Below are positions 9,698 through 18,617 of a stretch of DNA of 64,000 nucleotides, piece by piece. The DNA is taken from NCBI GenBank assembly GCA_947494155.1, contig CANLTW010000001.1:64001-128000 (forward strand). The letters are read 5' to 3'. Source of the DNA: Chlamydiota bacterium (GTDB lineage Bacteria > Chlamydiota > Chlamydiia > Chlamydiales > RGXB01). A model generated the notes under the pieces. The model did no database searches. It was given only the letters and a program-made list of their open reading frames with translations, and was not told where the DNA came from. A program made the translations under genes and the position numbers. Every line of letters begins with the position of its first letter. Within the stretch, counting starts at the first letter, position 1.

Positions 9698-10384
9698 TTG
9701 ATCTCTAAGTATTCTTGCCTGTTCTTCCTTTTTTTACCCTATGCATCGGCTGCAGGATCCAGAATACCGACAGAAATCAATGAGCGAAACATTTTCTGCA
9801 AATCACCCGAAATTTTTGTAGTGGAGAATTTTGCTGACGATACCCTTTGTGAACATCTTGTGCGTGTAGCACTACCTCATCTGAAGCATTCTACAGTTGT
9901 GGATTTGACGGGAAAATCGCACGGAGTGATCGATTCCGGCCGCACAAGTAGCGGTATGTATTTTCCCCCGATGCTGCAGGATAAACACATCGATCATCTT
10001 GAAAAAAAAATTGCTCAGCTCACCTCCCTTCCACAAAAAAATGGGGAATGGATCCAGGTATTGCGTTATAAACCTTCACAGGAGTACCGCCCCCATTACG
10101 ATTTCTTCGATCCGCAAACACTTGGGGGATTAGAGACGCTCAAGCGGGGGGGACAACGCGTAGTGACATGTATTTTGTATCTGAAGGAACCTCTTGTTGG
10201 TGGAGAGACTGTTTTTCCCCTTCTTGGGGTCTCTATTCCCCCAAAAAAAGGATCTTTACTTGTTTTCTACAATTGCGATGAAAAAGGTCAAGTGTTCTAC
10301 GAAACACTTCACGGGGGCGCGCCTGTTATAGAGGGGGAAAAATGGATTGCCACCAAGTGGATACGGCAAAAAACTTTTCACTAA
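9698..10384 (+). CDS. Prolyl 4-hydroxylase (2OG-Fe(II) oxygenase) with probable signal peptide
   Basis: RTSSG, QVLRY, HYD, GGQRVVT.ILYL, GGETVFP, TLHGGAPV and GEKWIATKWIR. Hydrophobic N-terminus ends ASA-A. Start is uncertain (TTG 9698 or 9614). Confidence 0.88.
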   Translation: MISKYSCLFFLFLPYASAAGSRIPTEINERNIFCKSPEIFVVENFADDTLCEHLVRVALPHLKHSTVVDLTGKSHGVIDSGRTSSGMYFPPMLQDKHIDHLEKKIAQLTSLPQKNGEWIQVLRYKPSQEYRPHYDFFDPQTLGGLETLKRGGQRVVTCILYLKEPLVGGETVFPLLGVSIPPKKGSLLVFYNCDEKGQVFYETLHGGAPVIEGEKWIATKWIRQKTFH

Positions 10385-10457
10385 CACTTTAAAGATATTG
10401 AAAAGACAAGCGGGCTCTGGTATACACTTAAACATATTTAAAGAGTTTGTTTGACTT

Positions 10458-12497
10458 ATGGCGTCCAACAGTTTGTCCTCCCGATTTATCGGATTTTTGC
10501 CGTTTCTTTTTCTCTTTACCTATTGTTTTGCAGATCCGCAGCAGGTTGTGATAGTCAGTTACGCAGAATCGGATGCAAACGGCTACCTTACAACTGCAGG
10601 CACCTGTAGCGGTATAGCTCGTGCAAATTATTTTCCCGGGTACCTTTCTGGCACAACCCCATTAAATCTTTATGGACCACCCATAGCACTTTATGGTGCA
10701 CGCCAAACCGCAGACAACCCTGGGCCAAACGTGATTCAATCTCTCATCCCCACCTCAAGATCCTTTAAAGTGCCTCTTCATCTAGGATACGATAGTGGAT
10801 CTCCGGCAGATTTGGCAGATGAGATTTTATCAAACACACTCTACAGCGGAAAAACAGTATTTATCGTATGGGACTATGATGCTATTCCTAGTTTGATCAA
10901 TGCCTTTGGCTACAGCTCCCCAGCCGCCCCAAATCCAGTAGCCTATAACAGAACCTACATTTTACAATTTCCCATTAACTCTCCTTTTCCACTCACTCTA
11001 TGCCAAAGTTTAAACACTTGCGATAGCGGATGTACCCCCCCGCCACCTCCACCTCCATCGCCTCCTCCAGCCCCCCCATCGCCACCTGCACCCACACCTT
11101 TACCTAATCCCCCTCCTCCTATAACCGATTATCTACCCATTACTTTTGTAGATCCCAATTCCGCTAGTTTTGATACTTGGGCGGTAATTACAGGTAAAGT
11201 TCCTGTCGCGTCAGGTCTAACTCCTACACAAGCCTGTTTTGTAAAGATAGACACTAACACTGGCATAGGGACAAGAAGCAACACGACAGCATCAAGCAAT
11301 TCCTCTGAATATGCTTTCAAAATAAAGGACCTTCCCACACTAAACGGAAACCGGTATCTCTACTTACCCTATCTTGACTCCGGAGAAATCTATTTTTCGA
11401 TTGGCGCCCTTGGTGATGATGACCCAAAATGGGCTGTTAAGCTGGATGTCGAATCAACTGGTGGATATGATTTTAAAAAAATTGAACCACTAGATGTAAA
11501 TAAACAATACTATAACCTTCTATTTGATAAGGCTCTTTGTGCTTTTTTACCCACAGGGCAAAACAGCCAATTCTATGTGAGTGCGGTAGATTTTTTTGGT
11601 CTGCCTATGTATGTGGAGCTCTTTCTTGCAAAACCTACATCGAGTAGCGCCAGTCAAAACTGCGGGTTTTGGCAAAGCAGATCCTCTTGTTTTACCGCTT
11701 TTGAAAGAATTTTAAAATCTGCATATGATCAAACAACCCTAGACAAATGGGGTAATTTGTTTATTAATGCTTCTTCTGGAGGTACGACAGTCAACTTAAG
11801 ACTTTCTTCCACACAACTAGCCATGACTTATTCCTCATCAACTCCCATTTTTCCTAAAACTTACTTATCTGATTCTACTCTTTTCATAGAACCTTTTGAT
11901 TGGACCGATAAAGTGTGGAAAACATTTTACCAATCTAATGGTTCGAATAAACTTTTTATCGACTGCTCAGGTGTCTCACCCCCTTATAATATCCCCATGT
12001 CTGGCTCAACAGCCACTACCCCCCCTTACAGTTTTGATTTCCAATACACCTCTGGTACAGTCACTTTATCCTCTTCACTTAAACTTCCCACTGACTCCTA
12101 TGGATTTTTTTCGGGTGATTACAGTGCGTTTGATGCAATTACAGATGTCCAAAAAGAATTGGTAGATAACCTCACTGCAGCGTTTAGTAGCGGACTTCTT
12201 CCGGTTGATGGTGCAAGTCAGACGCTCAATAGCGCTTTTTTTCAGGCAAACCAAGCCAGTTTCTACACAAATACTTTTATACAGACGGCATTCCCCTCTC
12301 AGTCGGGACCCTTCTATGACCTTTACGCAAAAGCAATCCATCAGGCTTTTTCTACCAATCAACCCCAAATTTATGCGTTCAAAAACGATGACCTTTTAGG
12401 ATTTGTCGGCAAAACCACATTTGACACGATAGAAGACGCTTATATTACCCTTACATTTGGTAGTCTCGAAGGACAAACTTTAGTCTACCCTCCGTAA
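10458..12497 (+). CDS. Secreted protein: degenerate histidine-phosphatase-like domain + polyproline linker + GH64 beta-1,3-glucanase-like domain
   Basis: Signal peptide ending CFA-D. GH64-like motifs LPYLDSGEIYFSIG, SAVDFFGLPM, YDLYAKAIH and YAFKNDDLLG. N-terminal VVIVSYAE...YSGKTVFIVWDYDAIPSL. Confidence 0.75.
   Translation: MASNSLSSRFIGFLPFLFLFTYCFADPQQVVIVSYAESDANGYLTTAGTCSGIARANYFPGYLSGTTPLNLYGPPIALYGARQTADNPGPNVIQSLIPTSRSFKVPLHLGYDSGSPADLADEILSNTLYSGKTVFIVWDYDAIPSLINAFGYSSPAAPNPVAYNRTYILQFPINSPFPLTLCQSLNTCDSGCTPPPPPPPSPPPAPPSPPAPTPLPNPPPPITDYLPITFVDPNSASFDTWAVITGKVPVASGLTPTQACFVKIDTNTGIGTRSNTTASSNSSEYAFKIKDLPTLNGNRYLYLPYLDSGEIYFSIGALGDDDPKWAVKLDVESTGGYDFKKIEPLDVNKQYYNLLFDKALCAFLPTGQNSQFYVSAVDFFGLPMYVELFLAKPTSSSASQNCGFWQSRSSCFTAFERILKSAYDQTTLDKWGNLFINASSGGTTVNLRLSSTQLAMTYSSSTPIFPKTYLSDSTLFIEPFDWTDKVWKTFYQSNGSNKLFIDCSGVSPPYNIPMSGSTATTPPYSFDFQYTSGTVTLSSSLKLPTDSYGFFSGDYSAFDAITDVQKELVDNLTAAFSSGLLPVDGASQTLNSAFFQANQASFYTNTFIQTAFPSQSGPFYDLYAKAIHQAFSTNQPQIYAFKNDDLLGFVGKTTFDTIEDAYITLTFGSLEGQTLVYPP
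11037..11120 (+). repeat. Polyproline-coding low-complexity tract
   Basis: Encodes PPPPPPPSPPPAPPSPPAPTPLPNPPPP with mixed CCN codons. Confidence 0.9.
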
Positions 12498-12673
12498 AAT
12501 AGCAAAAACTAACTAAAGGTGATTTGAAAAAAGACTACAATAAATCTATAAAAGGGAAAATAACCCCCCTATTTTTTTGAAGATGTTCGGTAATCTCTGG
12601 AATAAAAAAATAAAACAGGCCATATGAAGGTAGAAGTAGCAAAAAAACTTTTTGTTCGAGGTCAAGATCACCC

Positions 12674-13612
12674 ATGAAAAAAAATCCGGTCCCAGGGATT
12701 TACCTTTTTATTTTTTCTTTTTTTCCCATTTTATGTGCCGAAAATAGTCTTACAAATATTGAACTTGAGGGAGAATTTCTCTACTGGACAGCATACCAAA
12801 ACGATTTTGGTTGTGCCACCCACTCTACACCGGTTTTTACCACAACGGATTTTCTTTTAAATCGGATTGACAAACCCACCTATTCCTGGCGGCCAGGCTA
12901 TAGATTAAGCGGATATTATGATGTTTTTTTTGGGGAAGTGGGGGCAAGATTTACCTCCTACCAAGGGGCGTTGAACGAGAGGTATGGAACCTCAGCTTTA
13001 GAGGGGTTTTACCCCCTTTTCACACTATGGAACGATAAATTACCAAGCGATTACACACGCTTTTCCTCCATAAAAGGGGCAATCGATCTTTGGAGTATCG
13101 ATGCATATGCCCTATTCAATCTTTTAAGTGAGGATATCCTTATATATCCGAAAATTGGAGTAAGAAATTTGTGGCTTAACCAAAGCTACGATGTTACGTA
13201 TGACGGGGGGACTTTTGCAGCAGGCACCGATATCCTCTTTCGCTCATCCAAGTTTTATGGTGTAGGACCTCAAGCGGGATTAACCGGTTTCTTGCAGCTT
13301 TTCGGAAATTTCTTTTTGACAGGGGAAGCTTTGGGAACATGGTATGCCGGTACCTTCAAAGATTTTCAATCCGAAACTTTTTTAGATCGAACGCTTACTG
13401 ATCAAAAACTTACCCAAACCTACAGCCGGTTTAGCCTAGACTTGCAAGGGGGCCTTGAATGGGCGGGGAGTTTTTTTGATGACCGTTTTTTAGTGGGTAT
13501 AACGGTAGGGGGGGACTGGATTTACTTCAATAAAGGGTCGAACAAACTCCCTTTCAACGGCTCAGCAACCTTTTTCACAGGGGCCCACGCCGGCATCAAA
13601 ATCGCGTTTTAA
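12674..13612 (+). CDS. Outer-membrane beta-barrel protein (Lpg1974/chlamydial MOMP-like family)
   Basis: Signal peptide, GEFLYW, WRPGYRL.G.Y, SKFYGVGPQAG, amphipathic strands and C-terminal Phe. Confidence 0.75.
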   Translation: MKKNPVPGIYLFIFSFFPILCAENSLTNIELEGEFLYWTAYQNDFGCATHSTPVFTTTDFLLNRIDKPTYSWRPGYRLSGYYDVFFGEVGARFTSYQGALNERYGTSALEGFYPLFTLWNDKLPSDYTRFSSIKGAIDLWSIDAYALFNLLSEDILIYPKIGVRNLWLNQSYDVTYDGGTFAAGTDILFRSSKFYGVGPQAGLTGFLQLFGNFFLTGEALGTWYAGTFKDFQSETFLDRTLTDQKLTQTYSRFSLDLQGGLEWAGSFFDDRFLVGITVGGDWIYFNKGSNKLPFNGSATFFTGAHAGIKIAF

Positions 13613-13620
13613 AACCCTTT

Positions 13621-13974
13621 TTATTCTCCCTTACACAGTCCGTAGACCAAAAGAATCATAGCGGCTATAAAAATCCAGGGCATCCAATAGGTTTCTATGG
13701 TGATATCCACCCCTTTGGATCCGCCAATACCCCACAAAAAGAGTGCCAAAGGAGCGAGTACTCCCCCAACAACAATAGAGTAAAATGAGCGAACCCCCCC
13801 ATTATCGGGCACCAAAGCAACGATAGGCTCCTCAGATTTTACCTGATATATCGGGGTAAATATCTCTTTATTTTCGACTTTATCCATCTGTGTACCACAG
13901 TAAGGGCAATCTTCAGAATAAAAGTCGATGAATCCTTCACAAAAAGGGCAAAGTTTTGCGTATTGATTGGACAT
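13621..13974 (-). CDS. Zinc-ribbon (CxxC...CxxC) membrane protein, conserved-hypothetical type
   Basis: CPFC...CPYC at the N-terminus, two C-terminal hydrophobic segments, purine-rich RBS before ATG 13974. Confidence 0.75.
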   Translation of the reverse strand: MSNQYAKLCPFCEGFIDFYSEDCPYCGTQMDKVENKEIFTPIYQVKSEEPIVALVPDNGGVRSFYSIVVGGVLAPLALFLWGIGGSKGVDITIETYWMPWIFIAAMILLVYGLCKGE

Positions 13975-14052
13975 AGACTCTTTTCCCCGTTTCGAATGGA
14001 GGTTTTTTTGCCCCATAACAGTTGTCTTAAATTTCTTTCAACTTTTGGTTTT

Positions 14053-14101
14053 AAGGTTTCCATGAAACCTTTTGATTTAGGATGACAAATTCCCCTATAC
14101 T
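14053..14101 (+). promoter_or_regulatory. Sigma70/66-type promoter for lpdA with an abutting inverted repeat
   Basis: TTGATT (14072)-18 nt-TATACT (14096). AAGGTTTC-cat-GAAACCTT at 14053-14071. Confidence 0.55.
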
Positions 14102-14121
14102 AAAAAAATAGTCGAACCTGA

Positions 14122-15531
14122 ATGGATGAAAAACTCATGCGCACTTTTGATGTGGTAGTGATTGGAGCCGGTCCCGGCGGTTATGTTGCAGCAATCTATG
14201 CCGCACATCATGGATGCAAAACGGCTCTCATCTCAAAACAAAAAGATTTGGGTGGAACCTGTTTGAATCGGGGTTGCATTCCAAGCAAAGCTCTGATCAC
14301 AAGCGCCGAAGTGCATAGAACAATCACCCAAGAGGCTCAAAAGCATGGGATTGAAGTTGCCGGCCCCGTCAAGGTGCACTACGATAAGATGAGCGCACGT
14401 AAAGATCAGGTAATCCAAACAATGCAATCGGGTTTAAGAACCACCATAGTAAGCCACGAGGTGGAGCTGATTGATGGGTTAGCCTCTTTTGAATCTCAAA
14501 CTCGCATCCGGGTACAAAGCGACTCAGGCACCGAAATGATTGATACTCAATTTATCATTATAGCGACAGGCTCTGAGGTATCCCCCTTTCCAGCTATCCC
14601 TTTTGACGATACGCACATCCTTAGCTCAACCTCAATATTAGAGCTCAAAGAGCTTCCGAAAACTTTAGCTGTGATTGGCGGCGGTTATATCGGATGCGAA
14701 ATTGCCTGTATGATGCGTGGTTTGGGGGTCGAGGTGACCATCATCGAAGCACTCGATAAAATTATCAAACCGGTCGGAGATTCCCCCTCAGCACAGCTCA
14801 CTGAGAGCTTGAAATCCATGGGAATACGTTTAGAGCTCGAAAAAAGGGTAACCGGTTATTCGATTCAGAGCGGACAGGTGGAGCTTAACTTAGACAATAG
14901 CCAAAAAATTCAGGCTGAAAAAGTCCTTGTGGCGATCGGAAGAAGACCCTTTACCGAGGGGCTTAAGCTCGAAAAAGCGGGAGTCTTTACAAATCCAAGA
15001 GGCTTCATCCAAGTCAATGAACAGATGCGTACCAATATCCCAAACATTTTTGCGATAGGGGATGTAAATGGTGTTTTCATGCTAGCCCACGCCGCCTCCT
15101 ACCAAGGAAAAGTCGCTGTTGACGCTATCTTTAACAAAAATCGGCATTTTGACCCCAAACTTGTACCGCAAGTAATTTTTACCAAACCCGAGATCGCTGT
15201 TGTTGGAACTCTTGAGGGGGCAAAACAGATTTTCCCTTACGGAGCAAATGGCAAAGCGGTTGCAAGCGCTAAAACTTTAGGAACTATCACCGTTTACTAT
15301 GATGAAAAAACGAAAGTCGTCCATGGTGTGGAAATAGTCGGAGAGCAAGCCACAACCATGATTGCCATTGCGACTATATATCTGACACAAGAACTTACAA
15401 TTGATACTTTTGACACCACTATTTTTGCCCACCCCACCTACGCAGAGGCGATGGTTGAACCATTTGAGATGGTTCTAGATAAACAGATCCATTTTCCAAA
15501 AAAGAAAAAACAAAAGGCTGCTTTAGTTTGA
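14122..15531 (+). CDS. lpdA: Dihydrolipoamide dehydrogenase
   Basis: GAGPGGY, GGTCLNRGCIPSK, GGGYIGCE, AIGD and HPTYAE. Confidence 0.96.
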   Translation: MDEKLMRTFDVVVIGAGPGGYVAAIYAAHHGCKTALISKQKDLGGTCLNRGCIPSKALITSAEVHRTITQEAQKHGIEVAGPVKVHYDKMSARKDQVIQTMQSGLRTTIVSHEVELIDGLASFESQTRIRVQSDSGTEMIDTQFIIIATGSEVSPFPAIPFDDTHILSSTSILELKELPKTLAVIGGGYIGCEIACMMRGLGVEVTIIEALDKIIKPVGDSPSAQLTESLKSMGIRLELEKRVTGYSIQSGQVELNLDNSQKIQAEKVLVAIGRRPFTEGLKLEKAGVFTNPRGFIQVNEQMRTNIPNIFAIGDVNGVFMLAHAASYQGKVAVDAIFNKNRHFDPKLVPQVIFTKPEIAVVGTLEGAKQIFPYGANGKAVASAKTLGTITVYYDEKTKVVHGVEIVGEQATTMIAIATIYLTQELTIDTFDTTIFAHPTYAEAMVEPFEMVLDKQIHFPKKKKQKAALV

Positions 15532-16433
15532 TGGAGAAGGATTTTTTTGATGCCGAGCCGCGACTTGAGAGACTCATCCCCTCCACCTACCGTTTAAGAG
15601 TAAAGCCCTCAGACTCGCGGTTTGAAACCGATCAGATTTTAAAAAAATATGGACTTAACACAGTTTGTGAAGAGGCCAAATGTCCAAATCGGCATGAATG
15701 TTATACAAAAAAAACGGCCACCTTTCTTGCTTTAGGAAAAGAGTGCACACGCAATTGCAGTTTCTGTGCGATTGATTTTTCCAAAACACCGAAAGAGCTT
15801 GATCCTTTAGAGCCAAATAAAATAGCCTCATCGGTCAAAGAGCTTGGGCTAAACCATGTCGTTATCACTCAAGTCGCACGGGACGATTTAAAGGATGGGG
15901 GGAGTAGGCAGATGAAAAAAATTGTCGAAGAGGTGCGCCTCTTGAATCCCCAAACCACCATTGAGCTCCTGACCTCTGATTTTCAAGGGGAGGATTTTGC
16001 TCTGGAGGTGATTTTTTCCGCTCTACCCGACGTATTCAATTATAACATAGAAACCTGTAGACGCCTCACCCCAAAAGTGCGTCACAAGGCGACTTATGAC
16101 AGAACTCTTTCGATTTTAAAAAAAGCCCACGATGCGGGCTTAGTCACAAAATCGGGTTTTATGGTAGGTTTGGGTGAAACCATGGAGGAGATTTTTGAGA
16201 CCTTAAAGGATCTTAAGTCTTGCCACACCTCAATGGTAACAGTAGGCCAGTATCTGCAGTCTGACGTAAACAAGTGGAGGGTGAAACGCTTTTATTCTGT
16301 AGAGGAGTTTTCCACCATTCGTCAAATGGGGTTAGAGCTGGGATTAAAAGAGGTTTATAGCGGCCCGTTTGTCCGGTCTAGCTATAACGCAAAAGAGTTT
16401 TTAGAACATGCAAAACAAACTGCCTTTCACTGA
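15528..16433 (+). CDS. lipA: Lipoyl synthase
   Basis: CEEAKCPNRHEC, radical SAM CTRNCSFC and VRSSY. Confidence 0.96.
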   Translation: MMEKDFFDAEPRLERLIPSTYRLRVKPSDSRFETDQILKKYGLNTVCEEAKCPNRHECYTKKTATFLALGKECTRNCSFCAIDFSKTPKELDPLEPNKIASSVKELGLNHVVITQVARDDLKDGGSRQMKKIVEEVRLLNPQTTIELLTSDFQGEDFALEVIFSALPDVFNYNIETCRRLTPKVRHKATYDRTLSILKKAHDAGLVTKSGFMVGLGETMEEIFETLKDLKSCHTSMVTVGQYLQSDVNKWRVKRFYSVEEFSTIRQMGLELGLKEVYSGPFVRSSYNAKEFLEHAKQTAFH

Positions 16434-17274
16434 CGCTGTAGATTTAGAAATTCTCATGATGGGGTATGCCCACTTCGATGGGGATTTTTCTCAAATGAAA
16501 CAGACCCTTGAGGATCTCCCCTCCCACCCTCTCAATAGTTTCCCCAAAGAACATTTAGCTAAAGTTTTCCATTCCATGGAGCACTCCTCACAAGATCTTT
16601 TTTCTCTTCTCCCCTTAAAAGCACAAGAGGCGGTTCTGGATGCGCAATCCATGCTGAAAAAAATGCAAAAGACGTTGCACGATCACCCTGACTCGATGGA
16701 AGCAAAAATCGATGCGCTGATTGTATATGTCGGTGATGACCCCTACCGTCTTATTGATGAACTAGTCATGGATGCAAAAGAGTCGCTACCCTATCTTCAA
16801 AAAGCTCTAAATAACCCCCTACTTAATGATCCCCTCTATCCCGGATTTGGTGTATCTATCCCCAGAATTGCTGATGCGCTCAAGGGGATACAAGATCCCA
16901 TAGCGATCCCCCACCTCTTTCAAGCGCTACTAGAACAAAACAACAGAAATGAGGATCCCCTCCTCGATGCTTTAGCCTCTTTTGAAGCAGATGCGAGAAA
17001 TTTTTTAATGGACATTTTAGAAAAGCGCCCGTTTAGCCTAGAGTCCAGTTACGCAGCAAAAGCGCTTAATTTCCTGAAAAATGGGGATGTTGGGCTTGCT
17101 GCTATCGATCATCTATGTGATAACGAGGTGATCAAACATCCTGCTCTGGTCAATTATTTGATTCTTTTATTAGATCATCTCCCCATGGAGGAGCGCTCCT
17201 CGCTGTTGACTCAGCTTTTAGAAGAGACTCATTTCTCTGAGGCACATAAAAAAGAGATTCGTTTGATGATTTAA
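16408..17274 (+). CDS. Conserved hypothetical alpha-helical (HEAT-like) protein
   Basis: 288-aa ORF with AHFDGDF..M and LYPGFG motifs, lying immediately upstream of glgC as in chlamydial genomes. Confidence 0.7.
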   Translation: MQNKLPFTDAVDLEILMMGYAHFDGDFSQMKQTLEDLPSHPLNSFPKEHLAKVFHSMEHSSQDLFSLLPLKAQEAVLDAQSMLKKMQKTLHDHPDSMEAKIDALIVYVGDDPYRLIDELVMDAKESLPYLQKALNNPLLNDPLYPGFGVSIPRIADALKGIQDPIAIPHLFQALLEQNNRNEDPLLDALASFEADARNFLMDILEKRPFSLESSYAAKALNFLKNGDVGLAAIDHLCDNEVIKHPALVNYLILLLDHLPMEERSSLLTQLLEETHFSEAHKKEIRLMI

Positions 17275-17283
17275 AGAGCTTTG

Positions 17284-17311
17284 TTGACAATTTAAGCGCA
17301 TTCCTTAGAGT
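17284..17311 (+). promoter_or_regulatory. Putative sigma70/66 promoter of glgC
   Basis: TTGACA-16 nt-TAGAGT, followed by GAGG RBS and ATG 17318. Confidence 0.45.
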
Positions 17312-17317
17312 GAGGTT

Positions 17318-18547
17318 ATGGATCTCACCCTCATTATTCTTGCCGGGGGCAAGGGAGAAAGGCTAAAACCACTCACACAATATGTAGCTAAGCCGGCCGT
17401 CTCATTTGCCGATATGCGAATCATTGATATTTCACTTTCTCACGCTATCAAATCGCACCCTAAAGAGATTTTTGTGATTACCCAGTATCTCGCCGATACA
17501 ATAGAAAATTATATTTATGCCCACTATCCAATTGATCCTAATGCCCATTACAAGCTGAGCATTTTAAGCCCACAGGAGGATCCTAACGGAAACCTGTTGT
17601 TCTTCAAGGGGACTGCAGATGCCATCAGAAAAAATCTGGATCATCTTATACGGGCGAAAACAAAATACACCATGATCCTTTCAGGGGATCAACTTTTCAA
17701 TATGGATCTTTTCAAAGTCAAAGATCTGATTGAAAAACTCTCTACCGATCTTTGTATCTGCTGCCATCCAGTAACAAGAGAGGATGCTCCACGGTTAGGG
17801 ATTTTAAAGGTCAATTCGTCCCATTTTATCACCGAATTTCATGAAAAACCCCAAGACACAAAAGTTTTAGACCCCCTAGCCTCTTTAGAGGGAGATCGCC
17901 CCTTTTTAGCCTCGATGGGGCTCTATCTGTTTAAAACCGATGCCCTCATTCACCTGCTTACAACTCAAAAAGGGGACGATTTTGGCAAAGACCTGATCCC
18001 TAATCTCATCCCCAAAGGGAATGTCGGGGGGTACATTTACGAGCACTACTGGGAGGATATTGGCACGGTAAAATCCTATTTCGATGCCTGTTTGCTCCTT
18101 GCTACCGGAAAATCCGGATTGAAATTTGACGACCCCCACCATCCTATCCTAGTACCCCCCCATTTCACAGCACCGGCCCAGTTCCATTCCAACAAAATTG
18201 ATGCATCGATGGTCTGCCAAGGGACCAAAATCGGGATGGGGACAACTATTCTCTCCTCTCTTATTGGTCCTAAAAGTTGGATCGGCAAAAATTGCCATAT
18301 CGAACACTCGGTAGTTGTGGGGCACCAGCCTTATAACACAACAAAATACGAGACCTTTTCCACAAAAATACATGATGGTTGCCAGCTAAAAAATGTCCTT
18401 GTAGATGCAGAAACCATTTTGGATGAAGGGGTCGTTCTCCTAAATGAAAAACATCTCCAAACTTTTGAGGATCCCTATATAGTTCTTGTAGATGGGATCA
18501 TAGTGACAAAAAGATTTGCCCACATCCCAAAAAACTATCGCTTTTAG
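17318..18547 (+). CDS. glgC: Glucose-1-phosphate adenylyltransferase
   Basis: ILAGGKGERL.PLT..AKPAV, F.GTADA, ILSGDQ, F.EKP, ASMGLYLF, DFGKDLIP and YWEDIGT. Confidence 0.93.
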   Translation: MDLTLIILAGGKGERLKPLTQYVAKPAVSFADMRIIDISLSHAIKSHPKEIFVITQYLADTIENYIYAHYPIDPNAHYKLSILSPQEDPNGNLLFFKGTADAIRKNLDHLIRAKTKYTMILSGDQLFNMDLFKVKDLIEKLSTDLCICCHPVTREDAPRLGILKVNSSHFITEFHEKPQDTKVLDPLASLEGDRPFLASMGLYLFKTDALIHLLTTQKGDDFGKDLIPNLIPKGNVGGYIYEHYWEDIGTVKSYFDACLLLATGKSGLKFDDPHHPILVPPHFTAPAQFHSNKIDASMVCQGTKIGMGTTILSSLIGPKSWIGKNCHIEHSVVVGHQPYNTTKYETFSTKIHDGCQLKNVLVDAETILDEGVVLLNEKHLQTFEDPYIVLVDGIIVTKRFAHIPKNYRF

Positions 18548-18557
18548 TTTCAGATCC

Positions 18558-18587
18558 TTGATTTACCCAAACCTGATGCCCTATACT
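18558..18587 (+). promoter_or_regulatory. Putative sigma70/66 promoter
   Basis: TTGATT-18 nt-TATACT upstream of ATG 18618. Confidence 0.5.
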
Positions 18588-18617
18588 CTTTAAAATTGAC
18601 GATTTAAGGCACCTCTT

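Noticed and set aside
10002..10010. A9 tract in P4H and similar A/T runs elsewhere as phase-variation switches
   Set aside because: A8-A9 runs are common across this window, including in housekeeping genes, and all frames are intact.
12624..12677. 17-codon uORF (MKVEVAKKLFVRGQDHP) overlapping the beta-barrel ATG
   Set aside because: The RBS is weak and the length is within chance expectation; there is no supporting feature.
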